NCBI GenBank assembly: GCA_965197655.1
Contig: OZ240220.1
Coordinates: 804,412 to 868,411 of the forward strand
Reading direction: 5' to 3'
DNA length: 64,000 bases
From: Dehalococcoidia bacterium
GTDB lineage: Bacteria > Chloroflexota > Dehalococcoidia > Lucifugimonadales > UBA3495
Below, piece after piece: positions 9,798-19,175 of the stretch (the first letter of the stretch is position 1; the number at the start of each line of letters is the position of its first letter). The notes beneath the pieces were generated by a model, which saw nothing but the letters and a program-made list of their open reading frames with translations, did not search any database and had not been told where the DNA came from. A program made the position numbers and the translations under genes.

Positions 9798-10574
9798 TTA
9801 GAACAGGGACTTGGACTGGCCGCCGTCCACGTTGATGCAGGCCCCGGTTATCAGGTCGGCCCGGTCTGAGGCGAGGAAGGCCACCGTTTCGGCTATCGGT
9901 TCCGGCCAGCCAAACCGGCCCATGGGCAGGTTGCGGTTGATAAACTCGGACACCACTTCCGGCGGCTGGGTATTCTGGAACCGCTCCCAGGTGCTGCCGG
10001 GGAAGTCAATGGAGCCGGGGGCCACGCAGTTGACCAGTACACCGTGGGGCGCCATCTGCAACGCCAGGTGCTTGGAAAAGGCGATCAACCCTGCCTTGCC
10101 GGTCATGTAATCTATCGAGCCACCGTGTTCCCGTCCGTAGATTGAGGAAATGTTGATTATCCGACCCCAGCCCTGATCCTTCATGTGCGGCAAGGCCAAC
10201 GCGGTCAGGTGTACCGCGCTGAACAGGTTGACCTCCAGGCCGTCCCTGAATTGGGCCATGCTGGTCTCCTCAAACAGAGTCGAACCGCGGCGGCCCCCCA
10301 CGTTGTTGACCAGGATGTCCGGGTCGCCCAGGCCGGCGACGGTCTCCTCGTAGAAACGAACGGCCTGCGCCTCCTCGGTCACATCCGCCGGCGTCCCCTG
10401 AACTCGATAACCCAGCCCGGCCAACTCGGCCACCGAGTTGTTGAGTTGAGTCTCGTCCCTGGCGCAGATGGCTATTTGGCAACCTTCCCGCGCCAGGGCC
10501 TCGGCAATCTGCCGGCCCAGGCCCCGGCTGCCTCCGGTAATCATCGCTGTTTTGCCGTTCAATCCCAGGTCCAT
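9798..10574 (-). CDS. SDR family oxidoreductase
   Basis: TGGSRGLG cofactor motif and a YMTGK active-site region (YxxxK). The start is set at the internal Met (MDLGLNGKTAMITGG). Confidence 0.85.
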   Translation of the reverse strand: MDLGLNGKTAMITGGSRGLGRQIAEALAREGCQIAICARDETQLNNSVAELAGLGYRVQGTPADVTEEAQAVRFYEETVAGLGDPDILVNNVGGRRGSTLFEETSMAQFRDGLEVNLFSAVHLTALALPHMKDQGWGRIINISSIYGREHGGSIDYMTGKAGLIAFSKHLALQMAPHGVLVNCVAPGSIDFPGSTWERFQNTQPPEVVSEFINRNLPMGRFGWPEPIAETVAFLASDRADLITGACINVDGGQSKSLF

Positions 10575-10758
10575 TTTCACTCCCCTCCGGCTGTTCGGTA
10601 CGGTCGCCGGCCCATTACTATCAGATTTGGCAGACTTGGAAATGCGGTTCAGGTAACCTCTGCTCCGCCTCCGCCGATTATAGTCCTTGTACCCGGTTAT
10701 GCCCATTCATTTGCAATGAACGTAAATGTTCAGTCTTGAGGAGTTGTTCCCGCCTTAA

Positions 10759-10859
10759 ACCGTCATTCCGGCCTGCGCCGGAATCCAGAGACGCCAAGTA
10801 GGAGTTGGCATTCCAGAGGACAAGGATACCTGGATTCCGGCGAAAGCCGGAATGACGGT
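10759..10859. repeat. PAL-1-like divergent variant (GTCATTCCGGC...GCCGGAATGAC arms)
   Basis: ACCGTCATTCCGGCCTGCGCCGGAATCC ... GGATTCCGGCGAAAGCCGGAATGACGGT. Confidence 0.75.
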
Positions 10860-10970
10860 ATCGGGGCGCAGACGCCTCCCCAACTCTGGACATTTACGAT
10901 TCGTGCTTGGCCTTGACTTTGCACATATCCTGTTGACCGCTTCAAGCCGCTCTAGCCTACTACCTCGCTG

Positions 10971-10979
10971 TGCTATAAT
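10971..10979 (+). promoter_or_regulatory. extended -10 promoter candidate upstream of LLM paralog 1
   Basis: TGCTATAAT (TGnTATAAT) about 115 nt upstream of the ATG at 11093. There is no good -35. Confidence 0.3.
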
Positions 10980-11092
10980 TAGCCGGCTGTATCTACAATG
11001 TTACCGATTAATTGAGTAATCCTTTTCGGGTTAGTAAGGGGCAAATAAATCTATCCTTGAAAGGCAGACCAGATAACACAGGGAGTTAAGGC

Positions 11093-12268
11093 ATGATAAA
11101 GCGGTTTTCCGTCTTGTACGTCGGGCAGATTGACCTGGATAACGTGGGGGCCGGCGGCACCCCGGCCAATGATCGAAGGTATCCCAACGAAAAGCTGATT
11201 CAAGCCTACGACCACGCCGTTGCTCTGGCCAAGCACCTGGATGAGTTGGGCTTTTACTGTATGTGGACGGCGGAACATCATTTCCAGCGGGAGGGCTATG
11301 AGTGCCTCCCCAATATGACTCTGCTGGGCGTCCACCTGGCCGGGCTTACCAAGCAGTTGAAGTTTGGTGCCGCGTTCAACATAGTTCCGATGTGGCACCC
11401 CCTGCGGCTGGCTGAGGACTTTGCCATGGCCGACGTTCTTACCGGGGGCCGGCTGATTTTCGGCGTAGGCCGGGGCTACCATTCCCGCGAGGTGGAGACC
11501 TTCGGCTCGCCGGTAATTGACAATGACGCCAACCGGGAACTCTTCGAAGAGCAGATGGAAGTAATCCAGAAAGCCTTTAACGAAGAGTCCTTTAGCCACA
11601 AGGGCAAGTACTACACCATCCCGCCGGATGTTCCCTACCGTGGTTATCAGGTTGAGGATGTTACTTTGGTACCCCGCCCCCTGAAGCGTCCGGTGGAGAT
11701 TTGGCAGCCCATCGCCAGCGGCAAGACGCTGGAGTATATCGCCCAGCGGGGCATCAAGGCCATGGTGGCCCTTACCGGCGAAGTCCTGGTGGACCGGATG
11801 TTCCACTCCTACCACGATGCCGCCGTGGCCGCCGGTCGTTCCATCACCCTCGGCCAGGACATGGCGTTGGGTTTCGGTTTCTGTCTTGACGACACTCAAC
11901 AGAAGGCAATTGAACGGATTCGGCCCTATCACGACGAGCGGTACAAGTGGTTCGCTCCCTTTGGCTTTGTCCGTTATACCGACGATCAGGGCCGGCCCTG
12001 GGGTACTCCGGGCGCGCCGGTGGGCGTTCCCAGGATTGAGGACGGCGTACAGCAGAAGGCTTGGTACTGCGGCCCGGCTCAGGACTTCATTCCCTTCCTC
12101 CATGAAGTCGAGGCCAAATACCCCGGCCTGGAAGACGTAATCCTGCAATGGCCGGAGGGTATGCCCTGGCTGGAGTTCAAAGACCAGCTTTCCCAATTCG
12201 CCGCTGCGGTTATGCCGGCCTTCGCCGGACGCCACGCGGCATCCCTGGCCGGTGACGACGGAAACTAA
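11093..12268 (+). CDS. LLM-class (luciferase-like) flavin-dependent oxidoreductase, paralog 1
   Basis: 391 aa with a TIM-barrel LLM pattern (WTAEHHF, GRLIFGVGRGY). The 408-aa antisense ORF is rejected. Confidence 0.85.
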   Translation: MIKRFSVLYVGQIDLDNVGAGGTPANDRRYPNEKLIQAYDHAVALAKHLDELGFYCMWTAEHHFQREGYECLPNMTLLGVHLAGLTKQLKFGAAFNIVPMWHPLRLAEDFAMADVLTGGRLIFGVGRGYHSREVETFGSPVIDNDANRELFEEQMEVIQKAFNEESFSHKGKYYTIPPDVPYRGYQVEDVTLVPRPLKRPVEIWQPIASGKTLEYIAQRGIKAMVALTGEVLVDRMFHSYHDAAVAAGRSITLGQDMALGFGFCLDDTQQKAIERIRPYHDERYKWFAPFGFVRYTDDQGRPWGTPGAPVGVPRIEDGVQQKAWYCGPAQDFIPFLHEVEAKYPGLEDVILQWPEGMPWLEFKDQLSQFAAAVMPAFAGRHAASLAGDDGN

Positions 12269-12314
12269 GGTATTCAAACATGGATAGACCGGATTTCCGG
12301 CCCATCCGTCTAAG

Positions 12315-12466
12315 AAACCTCTGAATAAGTCCGTGACTCGTGATGTTTACACTTATCCGTCGTTCCTGCGCCGGCAGGAACCTAAAACGTTACGTACAGA
12401 GGTTCCTGCTTTCGCAGGAACGACGGGTGAAGGCGCTAGTGTTCAATGACTTATTTAGAGTATCCC
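12315..12466. repeat. PAL-1 element, CTCTGAATAAGTC outer module
   Basis: The core is 12356..12426. Outer arms are AACCTCTGAATAAGTC / GACTTATTTAGAGTATCC. Confidence 0.85.
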
Positions 12467-12516
12467 TAAGTTATACAAGTTGGGCCGATAAAGGAGTATT
12501 TCCTGGCAACCCCTCC

Positions 12517-12864
12517 TCACTCCTCAAACCGCGTATCCTTGTCTAGCATCAGGCAAGGCTCGCCCCACTGGCCGGAGTTTCCCAGTCCCCACGCTCCGGC
12601 ATCCCCGTCGGGCTTCAGGCGGATGCCCTCGCTCCCACCGTAAACTAGCAGAATCACCCCGTCTCCAGAGTCCTCAGCCAACGCCGCCCAGGCCGGGCCG
12701 GGGCCGGCTTCGCTCCAGCCCGTAACCTGGCACCAAACATCCTCGCCGCTCAGGTCAGCGGTGAACAGTCTGCTGACCGGTCGGGGTTCCTCCAGCAGGT
12801 CAAAGACCCGGTTCAGGGCCATGGGGCTGTTGCCCCCATCGGTCACTTCAACTTCATAGAGCAT
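12517..12864 (-). CDS. hypothetical protein
   Basis: 115-aa ORF with no recognised motif, flanked on both sides by PAL-1 repeats. Coding status is uncertain. Confidence 0.4.
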   Translation of the reverse strand: MLYEVEVTDGGNSPMALNRVFDLLEEPRPVSRLFTADLSGEDVWCQVTGWSEAGPGPAWAALAEDSGDGVILLVYGGSEGIRLKPDGDAGAWGLGNSGQWGEPCLMLDKDTRFEE

Positions 12865-12979
12865 AGTTAGTCAAATCCAGCCATCAATTTGACGGCAATT
12901 CTAGGGTAAAGCGGCCAGACTTTCCACTGCCGGGTGATATTCACACAATACGCCGGGCAACCGTGGGGCAGAGAGGTCA

Positions 12980-13110
12980 GGGCAATCGCACTAGGATTGA
13001 AAGCTATCCGTCGTTCCTGCGAAAGCAGGAACCTAAAGTGTTGCGGACAGAGGTTCCTGCTTTCGCAGGAACGACGGGAAAGGGGAATCTGCCATCACGT
13101 GCGATAGTCC
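12980..13110. repeat. PAL-1 element, GGGCAATCGCA outer module
   Basis: The core is 13008..13077. Outer arms are GGGCAATCGCA / TGCGATAGTCC. Confidence 0.85.
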
Positions 13111-13266
13111 TGGCAGAAAGGCAACTTTGCAATACTCCGAGTCGCTGCGTCTCTGTGTGAAAATGGGCAAATTGTTCAGCCGTTGAGCCGGCTTTACCAA
13201 TGGCTTATACTTACCCGTATTCCCCGCCGGCGAAGGTCGGCCATCAACTCCCCTGAGGAGGCGGTT

Positions 13267-14349
13267 ATGCGCTTGGGTTACTTTACTATGCCCCTCCATC
13301 CGCCCGGCTCCGACATTTCGGAAACCATGGAGTCCGACCTGGTGCAGCTGGAAACCCTGGACCGGCTGGGCTACCGGGAGGCCTGGATTGGCGAGCATTT
13401 CACTACGGTCTGGGAGAACATACCCGCCCCCGACCAGTTCATCGCTGCGGCCCTGCCCCGTACCAAAGACATCATTTTCGGTACCGGCGTCACCTGTATG
13501 CCCAACCACGACCCCTTTATGATTGCCCACCGGGTCGCCCAGTTGGATAACTTGGCCCGGGGCCGGTTCTACTGGGGCGTCGGTTCCGGCGGCTTCCCCG
13601 GCGACTTTGAGGTGTTTGGAGTTGACCCTTCCGAGGGCGCTCACCGGGGAATGTCCCGGGAAATGATCGAGCTGATCCTGAAAATGTGGGAAGACCCCCA
13701 GCCGGGCGAATACCAACATCCCTTCTGGAAGTTCGTCATACCTGAGCCGGTGCCCGAAATCGGCCTGCAATTTCATGTGAAGCCCTACCAGAAACCTCAT
13801 CCGCCCATCGGAGTGGCCGGCGTCTCCCCCAACTCGGATACCCTGATTCTGGCCGGCGAGCGGGGCTGGCTCCCCCTCAGCATCAACCTGGTGCCGCCGG
13901 TGACCTTGAAGAGCCATTGGGATGCGGTGGAATTGGGTGCGAGTAAGTCCGGGCGCACTCCTGACCGCTCCGAATGGCGTATTGCCCGTGAAATCTACGT
14001 GGCGGAAACCACCGAGCAGGCCCGTGAAGAAGTCCTGGGAGGCACCATCGGGCGGGACTTTCGGCAGTATTTCATACCTTTGATGAAGTACGTCAACGGC
14101 ACCGGCTTGTTCAAGATCGACCCGGAAATGCCCGACGAAGCGGTTACGCCCGAATACCTGGTGGACAACGTCTGGATCGTGGGCAGTCCCGACGACGTGA
14201 CCGAGAAAATTCGGCAGATGCACCGGGATGTGGGCGGTTTTGGCGTCCTGCTGGCCATGGGCCACGAGTGGCAGCCGGAGGAAAGCTGGGTCAACTCGGT
14301 GACTTCTCTGGCCAAGGATGTTATGCCCCGGCTGGCCGACCTAAACTAG
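13267..14349 (+). CDS. LLM-class flavin-dependent oxidoreductase, paralog 2
   Basis: MRLGYFTMPLHPPG... WIGEHF ... GVGSGG. The ATG at 13267 is preceded by GAGGAGG. Confidence 0.85.
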   Translation: MRLGYFTMPLHPPGSDISETMESDLVQLETLDRLGYREAWIGEHFTTVWENIPAPDQFIAAALPRTKDIIFGTGVTCMPNHDPFMIAHRVAQLDNLARGRFYWGVGSGGFPGDFEVFGVDPSEGAHRGMSREMIELILKMWEDPQPGEYQHPFWKFVIPEPVPEIGLQFHVKPYQKPHPPIGVAGVSPNSDTLILAGERGWLPLSINLVPPVTLKSHWDAVELGASKSGRTPDRSEWRIAREIYVAETTEQAREEVLGGTIGRDFRQYFIPLMKYVNGTGLFKIDPEMPDEAVTPEYLVDNVWIVGSPDDVTEKIRQMHRDVGGFGVLLAMGHEWQPEESWVNSVTSLAKDVMPRLADLN

Positions 14350-14384
14350 CCAACCCAAATCAGACTACTTGAGGAGGCTTGGAA

Positions 14385-16148
14385 ATGGCGCTAGGACTCA
14401 GGACTTATCGCCCGCTCATTGCTGGCACCACCCACATGGTGGCAACCGGCCATTATCTGGCTACCGCCGCCGCCTATCGCATTCTGGAGCAGGGAGGCAA
14501 CGCTACTGACGCCGGGGTGGCGGCCGGCATTGTTCTAAATGTGACGCTGCCCCAATATACCAGCTTCGGCGGCGTGGCCCCGATTATGGTGCATGACGCG
14601 GGGCGCGGCGAAACGGCGACCATCAGCGGCCTGGGGCGGTGGCCCAAGGCCGCCAGCGTTGACTACTTCAATCGTCATTGCGGTGGCGAACTGCCGGCTG
14701 GCGTACTCCGCACAGTAACCCCCTCTGCCGCCGATGCCTGGCTGACCGCGCTGAAGTTGTACGGCACTCTGACTTTTGAGCAGGTGGTCGCTCCGGCGTT
14801 GGAACTGGCCGAGAATGGGTTTCCCATACCCCATACCCTGCACCGGGCCTTGGCGCGGGAAGAAGAGAAGTTCAGCAACGGGCGCCGGGGTTCCGCTCAC
14901 TGGGCTGCAACCCAGGAGGTGTTCTTCCCCAGGGGCCGCGCCTTAAAGTCAGGTGACCTGGCGGTCCAAAGTGACCTGGCCCGCACTTTCCGACGCCTGA
15001 TTGCGGTGGAGCAAGCGGCTGGCGGCGGCCGGGAAGCCGGCATTCAGGCGGCCCGCGACCTCTTCTACCGGGGCGAGATTGCCGAGGAGATGGTGCAGTT
15101 CAATCAAGCGCAGGGTGGATTACTTTCCCTGGACGACCTGGCCGAGTTTGAGGCCAAGCTGGAGCCGCCGGTGTCCATCAACTACAAGGGTATTGACGTT
15201 GTGACCTGCGGGCCGTGGTGCCAGGGGCCGACGACGGTGCAAGCCCTGGGCATCCTGGAAGGGTTTGATCTGCGCGGCATGGGCCACAACAGCCCTGACT
15301 ATCTGCATACCTTGATTGAGTCCCTGAAGCTGGCTTTTTCCGACCGCCATTCCTACTACGGCGACCCGGATTTTGTGGACGTGCCAATGTCAGGTCTGAC
15401 CAACCCCGACTACGCGGCGCAGCGGCGGCAGGAAATTGACCCGCAACGGGCCTGCCCGGAAATGCCGCAATCCGGTGACCCCTGGCCCTACCAGGGCGCC
15501 CACCGCCATGAATTCAATAGAAGCCAGCCAGCCCACCCGGAGCCGGTAGCAGGGTTGGCTGAGCCGGACACCAGCTATATCTGCATTGTGGACCGTTGGG
15601 GCAACGGTTTCTCCGCCACGCCCAGCGACGGCATGACCGGCGCGCCGGTAACCCCCAGCCTGGGCTTTGCCCTGTCCACCCGGGGCTATCAGACCTGGCT
15701 GGACCCGGAGCATCCCGCCTGCCTCGCCCCGGGTAAACGCCCCCGGCTGACGCCCAACCCGGCGATGGCTTTCCGTGACGGCAAGTTGTGGATGCCCTTT
15801 GGCACCCCGGGCGGCGATGTCCAGTGTCAATCTATGGTGCAGCTTTTCCTGAATGTGGTGGAGTTCGGGATGGACGTGCAGCAGGCGATTGAGGCTCCGC
15901 GGGTGGCAAGCTGGAGCTTCCCCGATTCCGGCTGGCCCCACGGCTACACGCCGGCGGCAATGTCGGCGGAGGGACGCATTGACCCGGCCACCATCGCCGA
16001 ACTGGAACGGCGCGGCCACGTAGTTGATGTTTGGGACGACTGGACGCCGCGGATGGGCGCCCTCAACGCCATCACCATTGACCGGGAACGCGATACCCTG
16101 GAGGTTGGCGCCGACCTGCGCCGGGACAATTACGCTTTCGGCCGGTAG
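14385..16148 (+). CDS. gamma-glutamyltransferase family protein
   Basis: N-terminal MVATGHYLATAAAYRILEQGGNATDAGVA and an autoprocessing-site-like PDTSYICIVD. GAGGAGG lies 7 nt upstream of the ATG. Confidence 0.85.
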   Translation: MALGLRTYRPLIAGTTHMVATGHYLATAAAYRILEQGGNATDAGVAAGIVLNVTLPQYTSFGGVAPIMVHDAGRGETATISGLGRWPKAASVDYFNRHCGGELPAGVLRTVTPSAADAWLTALKLYGTLTFEQVVAPALELAENGFPIPHTLHRALAREEEKFSNGRRGSAHWAATQEVFFPRGRALKSGDLAVQSDLARTFRRLIAVEQAAGGGREAGIQAARDLFYRGEIAEEMVQFNQAQGGLLSLDDLAEFEAKLEPPVSINYKGIDVVTCGPWCQGPTTVQALGILEGFDLRGMGHNSPDYLHTLIESLKLAFSDRHSYYGDPDFVDVPMSGLTNPDYAAQRRQEIDPQRACPEMPQSGDPWPYQGAHRHEFNRSQPAHPEPVAGLAEPDTSYICIVDRWGNGFSATPSDGMTGAPVTPSLGFALSTRGYQTWLDPEHPACLAPGKRPRLTPNPAMAFRDGKLWMPFGTPGGDVQCQSMVQLFLNVVEFGMDVQQAIEAPRVASWSFPDSGWPHGYTPAAMSAEGRIDPATIAELERRGHVVDVWDDWTPRMGALNAITIDRERDTLEVGADLRRDNYAFGR

Positions 16149-16201
16149 CCGGGGTATTCCCCAAGCTATTGGATATTGCAAACGTAGGGGCGGGTTTCAC
16201 A

Positions 16202-16336
16202 GGGCTATTGCATTTGGATTGGAGGCTATCCGTCGTTCCTGCGAAAGCAGGAACCTGGAATATTGCAGACAAAGGTCCCTGCTTTCGCAGGAACGACGGG
16301 AGAAGGGCCTTTACCGTCAAGTACGGTTGCCGGGGC
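16202..16336. repeat. PAL-1 element (right outer arm degraded)
   Basis: The left half is identical to that of the copy at 61562. The core is 16230..16298. Confidence 0.8.
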
Positions 16337-16353
16337 GGGTTTCAAACCCGCCC
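16332..16353. repeat. HP-3 hairpin GGGGCGGGTTTCAAACCCGCCC
   Basis: A GC-rich 8-9 bp stem with a TTCAA loop, directly abutting a PAL-1 copy. Confidence 0.8.
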
Positions 16354-16426
16354 TTGCGCCGGTCGGTCAATATGCCTCGATCAACCCGGATGCCAGGCTG
16401 GATACCGGGCTAATTTCAAACCTGCC

Positions 16427-17176
16427 CTACATCGCCGTGCGGCCGCCGTCTATCACCAACTCGCTGCCGGTTACGAAGGAGGACTCGTCCGAGGCCAGGT
16501 ACAGGGCGCCGTAGGCCACGTCCTCCGGGCGTCCGATTCGGCCAAGGGGGGTGCGGCCCAGCCGTTCCCGGTACTGTTCGGCGTCGGCCAGCAGATGCTC
16601 GGTCATTGGCGTCTCGATAATGCCGGGGTGGATGGAGTTGGCCCGGATGCCGTCCTCGGCGTATTGAATGGCAGTAGCCTTGGTGAAAATCCGCACTGCG
16701 CCCTTGGAGGAACCGTAGGCCGCGGACATCTGGCTGCCCACCAATCCCGCTACGGATGAGATGTTGATTATGGAGCCGCCGCCGGCCCGGCGCATTTCAG
16801 GAATGGCGCACTTGGTGCCCAGGAACACCCCCTTGCCGTTAACGTCCATTACCTGGTCCCACAACTCCTCGGTCGTTTCCTCCACCCGCTCCGTCCGGTA
16901 AATGCCGGCGTTGTTGATTAGCACGTCCAGCTTGCCAAAGCGGTCCACTGTGGCGGCCACCACCTCCTGCCAGTTAGCCTCGCTGGTCACGTCCAACCGC
17001 AGGAACAGGCATTCGCCACCGTTTTCGTTAATTTCGGCCTCCACCTGGCGGCCCTCATCCTCCAGAACGTCGGCAATAACTACCCGCGCGCCCTCGCTGC
17101 TGAACAGCTTGGCCTCCACCGCGCCCTGGCCCCTGGCCCCGCCGCTAATCAGTACCACCTTTCCTTCCAACCGCAT
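16427..17176 (-). CDS. SDR family oxidoreductase (glucose/hydroxysteroid dehydrogenase-like)
   Basis: ISGGARGQG, NNAG and YGSSK motifs. Confidence 0.9.
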   Translation of the reverse strand: MRLEGKVVLISGGARGQGAVEAKLFSSEGARVVIADVLEDEGRQVEAEINENGGECLFLRLDVTSEANWQEVVAATVDRFGKLDVLINNAGIYRTERVEETTEELWDQVMDVNGKGVFLGTKCAIPEMRRAGGGSIINISSVAGLVGSQMSAAYGSSKGAVRIFTKATAIQYAEDGIRANSIHPGIIETPMTEHLLADAEQYRERLGRTPLGRIGRPEDVAYGALYLASDESSFVTGSELVIDGGRTAM

Positions 17177-17286
17177 ATTCTTGCCCCCTTTATTTTAACC
17201 CCGTCGGTCATTGTAGGATGTCCTTTTGGAAGGATTGTAACCTGCGCCGGATTAGAGTCAAGGGCGGTGACCGGCAAGGGTTAATA

Positions 17287-17415
17287 GGGCTATCGCACGT
17301 GATGGCAGATTCCCCTTTCCCGTCGTTCCTGCGCAGGCAGGACCTAAAATGTTACGGACAGAGGTTCCTGCTTTCGCAGGAACGACGGATAACTTTCAAT
17401 CCTAGTGCGGTAGCC
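17287..17415. repeat. PAL-1 element, GGGCTATCGCA module, inverted relative to 12980..13110
   Basis: GGGCTATCGCACGTGATGGCAGATTCCCCTTTCCCGTCGTTCC ... CGACGGATAACTTTCAATCCTAGTGCGGTAGCCC. Confidence 0.85.
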
Positions 17416-17523
17416 CCGGCCAGAGGCAAGCTCATCAATTGACCCTGCTGCCCGCTGCGAATAGAATGTTCCGGCCCGGATGTAGGAAGAACTGGGCAGA
17501 ATGAGGACGTATTTGCCTGCCGG

Positions 17524-18006
17524 ATGACCGTTGTTGACTGGATACTGGTAGCGATTCGCTGGTGCCACGCCCTGGGCGCGGTGGCCTGGGTCGGTGGCGG
17601 GATTTTTTATCTGCTGGTGCTGCGTCCGGCTTTCCGCCGCGCCGCCGCTACTTCGGATACGAACCGGGCCATCGGAGCAGAGTTTCGGGGCTTGGTAAAC
17701 ACGGCGATTATCGTCCTGGTGGTAACCGGGGTTATCCTGACCGCCAGCCGCCTTACCGCCGACTCGGTGACCGTCCCGTACATTGGGGTGCTGGCCCTGA
17801 AAGTCGTTCTGGCCCTGTATATGTTTGCCGTCATCCGGTTTAGAAGGCGCGGGGCCAGTGGCCAGGACGCTGCGGTGGCCGGAAGTCGCTGGGCCAGAAT
17901 ACGGGCCGGGCTTGCCGGCCCCACGGCGTTGCTGATTATTGGCGTGGTCGTGTTTGGCTTGGCCGACCTGTTGAGTGCCCTGTTTGAAAGCAGCCTGGCC
18001 GGTTAA
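17524..18006 (+). CDS. membrane protein, about 4 TM
   Basis: 160 aa with hydrophobic segments. No family recognised. Confidence 0.5.
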   Translation: MTVVDWILVAIRWCHALGAVAWVGGGIFYLLVLRPAFRRAAATSDTNRAIGAEFRGLVNTAIIVLVVTGVILTASRLTADSVTVPYIGVLALKVVLALYMFAVIRFRRRGASGQDAAVAGSRWARIRAGLAGPTALLIIGVVVFGLADLLSALFESSLAG

Positions 18007-18043
18007 ATGGCTGAATCAAAAGCGGTGAGGAATCGGAGGAAAC

Positions 18044-18226
18044 TTGAACAAAGAACTGATGGAAATACTGGCCTGCCCGGTCTGCAAGGGCGAACTGGAG
18101 TTGAAGGTAGAAACAGAGGAAGGCGACGATGTAATTGAGGGCGCTCTTCTCTGCGCCAACTGCAACGAAACCTACCCGATTACCGACTCAATCCCCAACC
18201 TGCTCCCGCCGCAAATGCGGGTCTAG
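18044..18226 (+). CDS. Trm112 family protein
   Basis: LMEILACPVCKGEL ... LLCANCNETYPITDSIPNLLP is the typical Trm112/UPF0434 zinc-ribbon pattern. Confidence 0.8.
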   Translation: MNKELMEILACPVCKGELELKVETEEGDDVIEGALLCANCNETYPITDSIPNLLPPQMRV

Positions 18227-18240
18227 CTGGTTTTGTAACA

Positions 18241-18442
18241 GGGCAATCGCGTTATAATTCCCCATGATGTCATTCTGACGTAGCGGAGCGGAGGAAGAAT
18301 CTAAAATCCTGCAGGGTGGACCCTTGCCGGATACCGGACAACCCTTGCTGCGAAAGATTCTGGATTCTTCGCTCCGCTCAGAATGACATAGCGAGCAGCA
18401 TGACCGTTGGCGAGGCCACTGTTGGTTAAAGCGCGATTGCCC
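18241..18442. repeat. PAL-2 core (18269..18387) nested inside a GGGCAATCGC / GCGATTGCCC outer IR of the PAL-1 type
   Basis: The outer arms at 18241-18250 and 18433-18442 match the PAL-1 outer module. The inner arms are GTCATTCTGACG.../...CTCAGAATGAC. Confidence 0.8.
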
Positions 18443-18517
18443 TGGGTTTTGTAACACTTATGGATTTTAGCGGAGGTATGTCTGCCGGTGTAAACGGGTG
18501 GGCAATAGCGGATTTTT

Positions 18518-18541
18518 AGGGGCGGGTTTCAAACCCGCCCC
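18518..18541. repeat. HP-3 hairpin (possible terminator of the UGSC gene)
   Basis: AGGGGCGGGTTTCAAACCCGCCCC, 36 nt beyond the UGSC stop. Confidence 0.8.
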
Positions 18542-18576
18542 GTCTTGGCCGCTGCGTCAACAAGCGCCGTGAATCT

Positions 18577-19122
18577 CTAGTTGCCGGTCAGGATGGCTAC
18601 CACCTGGCTGGCCAGACCCTCGGCCCGTTCCCGCAATTGTTCCCGGCTCAGGTTCTCAATGGGGTGTTCGGTGAATATGGTGGGATAATCGGCGGCGCCC
18701 CACATCTTCGCCATTCCCTTTGCGGTGGGAATGAACCGGTCGGTGCAGATAGTAGCCGAGGGCAGCCCGGCCTTTTCTACGTGAATCCCGTCGTGCACAC
18801 TGCACGCACTGCAAGAGCCTCAATCCCCGATGGCGATGACCACCGAATCGCAGTCGTGCGCTAACTCCTTAATCGCCGACGGGTCGGCTGGGCGGGAGGC
18901 GCTGGGTTTGCGGTGCCACTTCACCTCGGCTATTTCGTAGCGGGTACGCAGCGTTTCCGCTAATTCTTCCAGTAGCACGTCGGCATTCCGCTTGCTGTCG
19001 TCAATGATGCCCAGCCGGGTGCCGGCCAGAGTGGGTAGCCGAGGCGCGCCGTCAAAGGGCGGCGTAATCGGTTCGGTGGTGGGGTTTACCAGGGTGTATT
19101 GGTTGCCGTTGTCGTTTGCCAT
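18577..19122 (-). CDS. GrdB-like 'UGSC' selenoprotein candidate (in-frame TGA at 18820..18822 read as Sec)
   Basis: ORFs 18820..19236 and 18577..18798 are in the same frame and separated only by a TGA. Read-through gives ...CDSVVIAIGD-U-GSCSACSVHDGIHVEKAGLPSATICTDRFIPTAKGM..., a UxxCxxC context as in GrdB/PrdB-type reductase selenoproteins. Confidence 0.65.
18793..18809 (-). promoter_or_regulatory. candidate bacterial SECIS hairpin for the UGSC gene
   Basis: RNA GUGCGU-GCAGU-GUGCAC forms 6 bp including 2 wobble pairs, with a 5-nt loop containing GU. It starts 10 nt after the UGA. This is a weak call. Confidence 0.3.
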
Positions 19123-19175
19123 ACTCTTGACCCTCTTCAACAGATTTTGCGGCCTGCCGTCACCGTTAAACCCGG

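Noticed and set aside
11051-12277. 408-aa ORF antisense to LLM paralog 1
   Set aside because: It mirrors almost exactly the + strand LLM gene, which has clear family motifs. Its own sequence is Gly/Arg/Pro/His/Val-rich with no motifs, as expected for a GC-rich shadow ORF.
12340-12546. Small ORFs encoding ...RSCAGRNLK... or ...PSFLRKQEP... peptides (also 22847..23032, 33409..34188 N-terminus, 36957..37304, 16072..16320, 17218..17568, 61669..61923, 12963..13160)
   Set aside because: They are translations of PAL-1 repeat arms in various frames. The recurring peptide strings come from the repeat, not from a protein family.
13033-14265. 410-aa ORF antisense to LLM paralog 2
   Set aside because: It is a shadow ORF for the same reasons as the ORF antisense to LLM paralog 1. 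Its 3' end also runs into a PAL-1 repeat.
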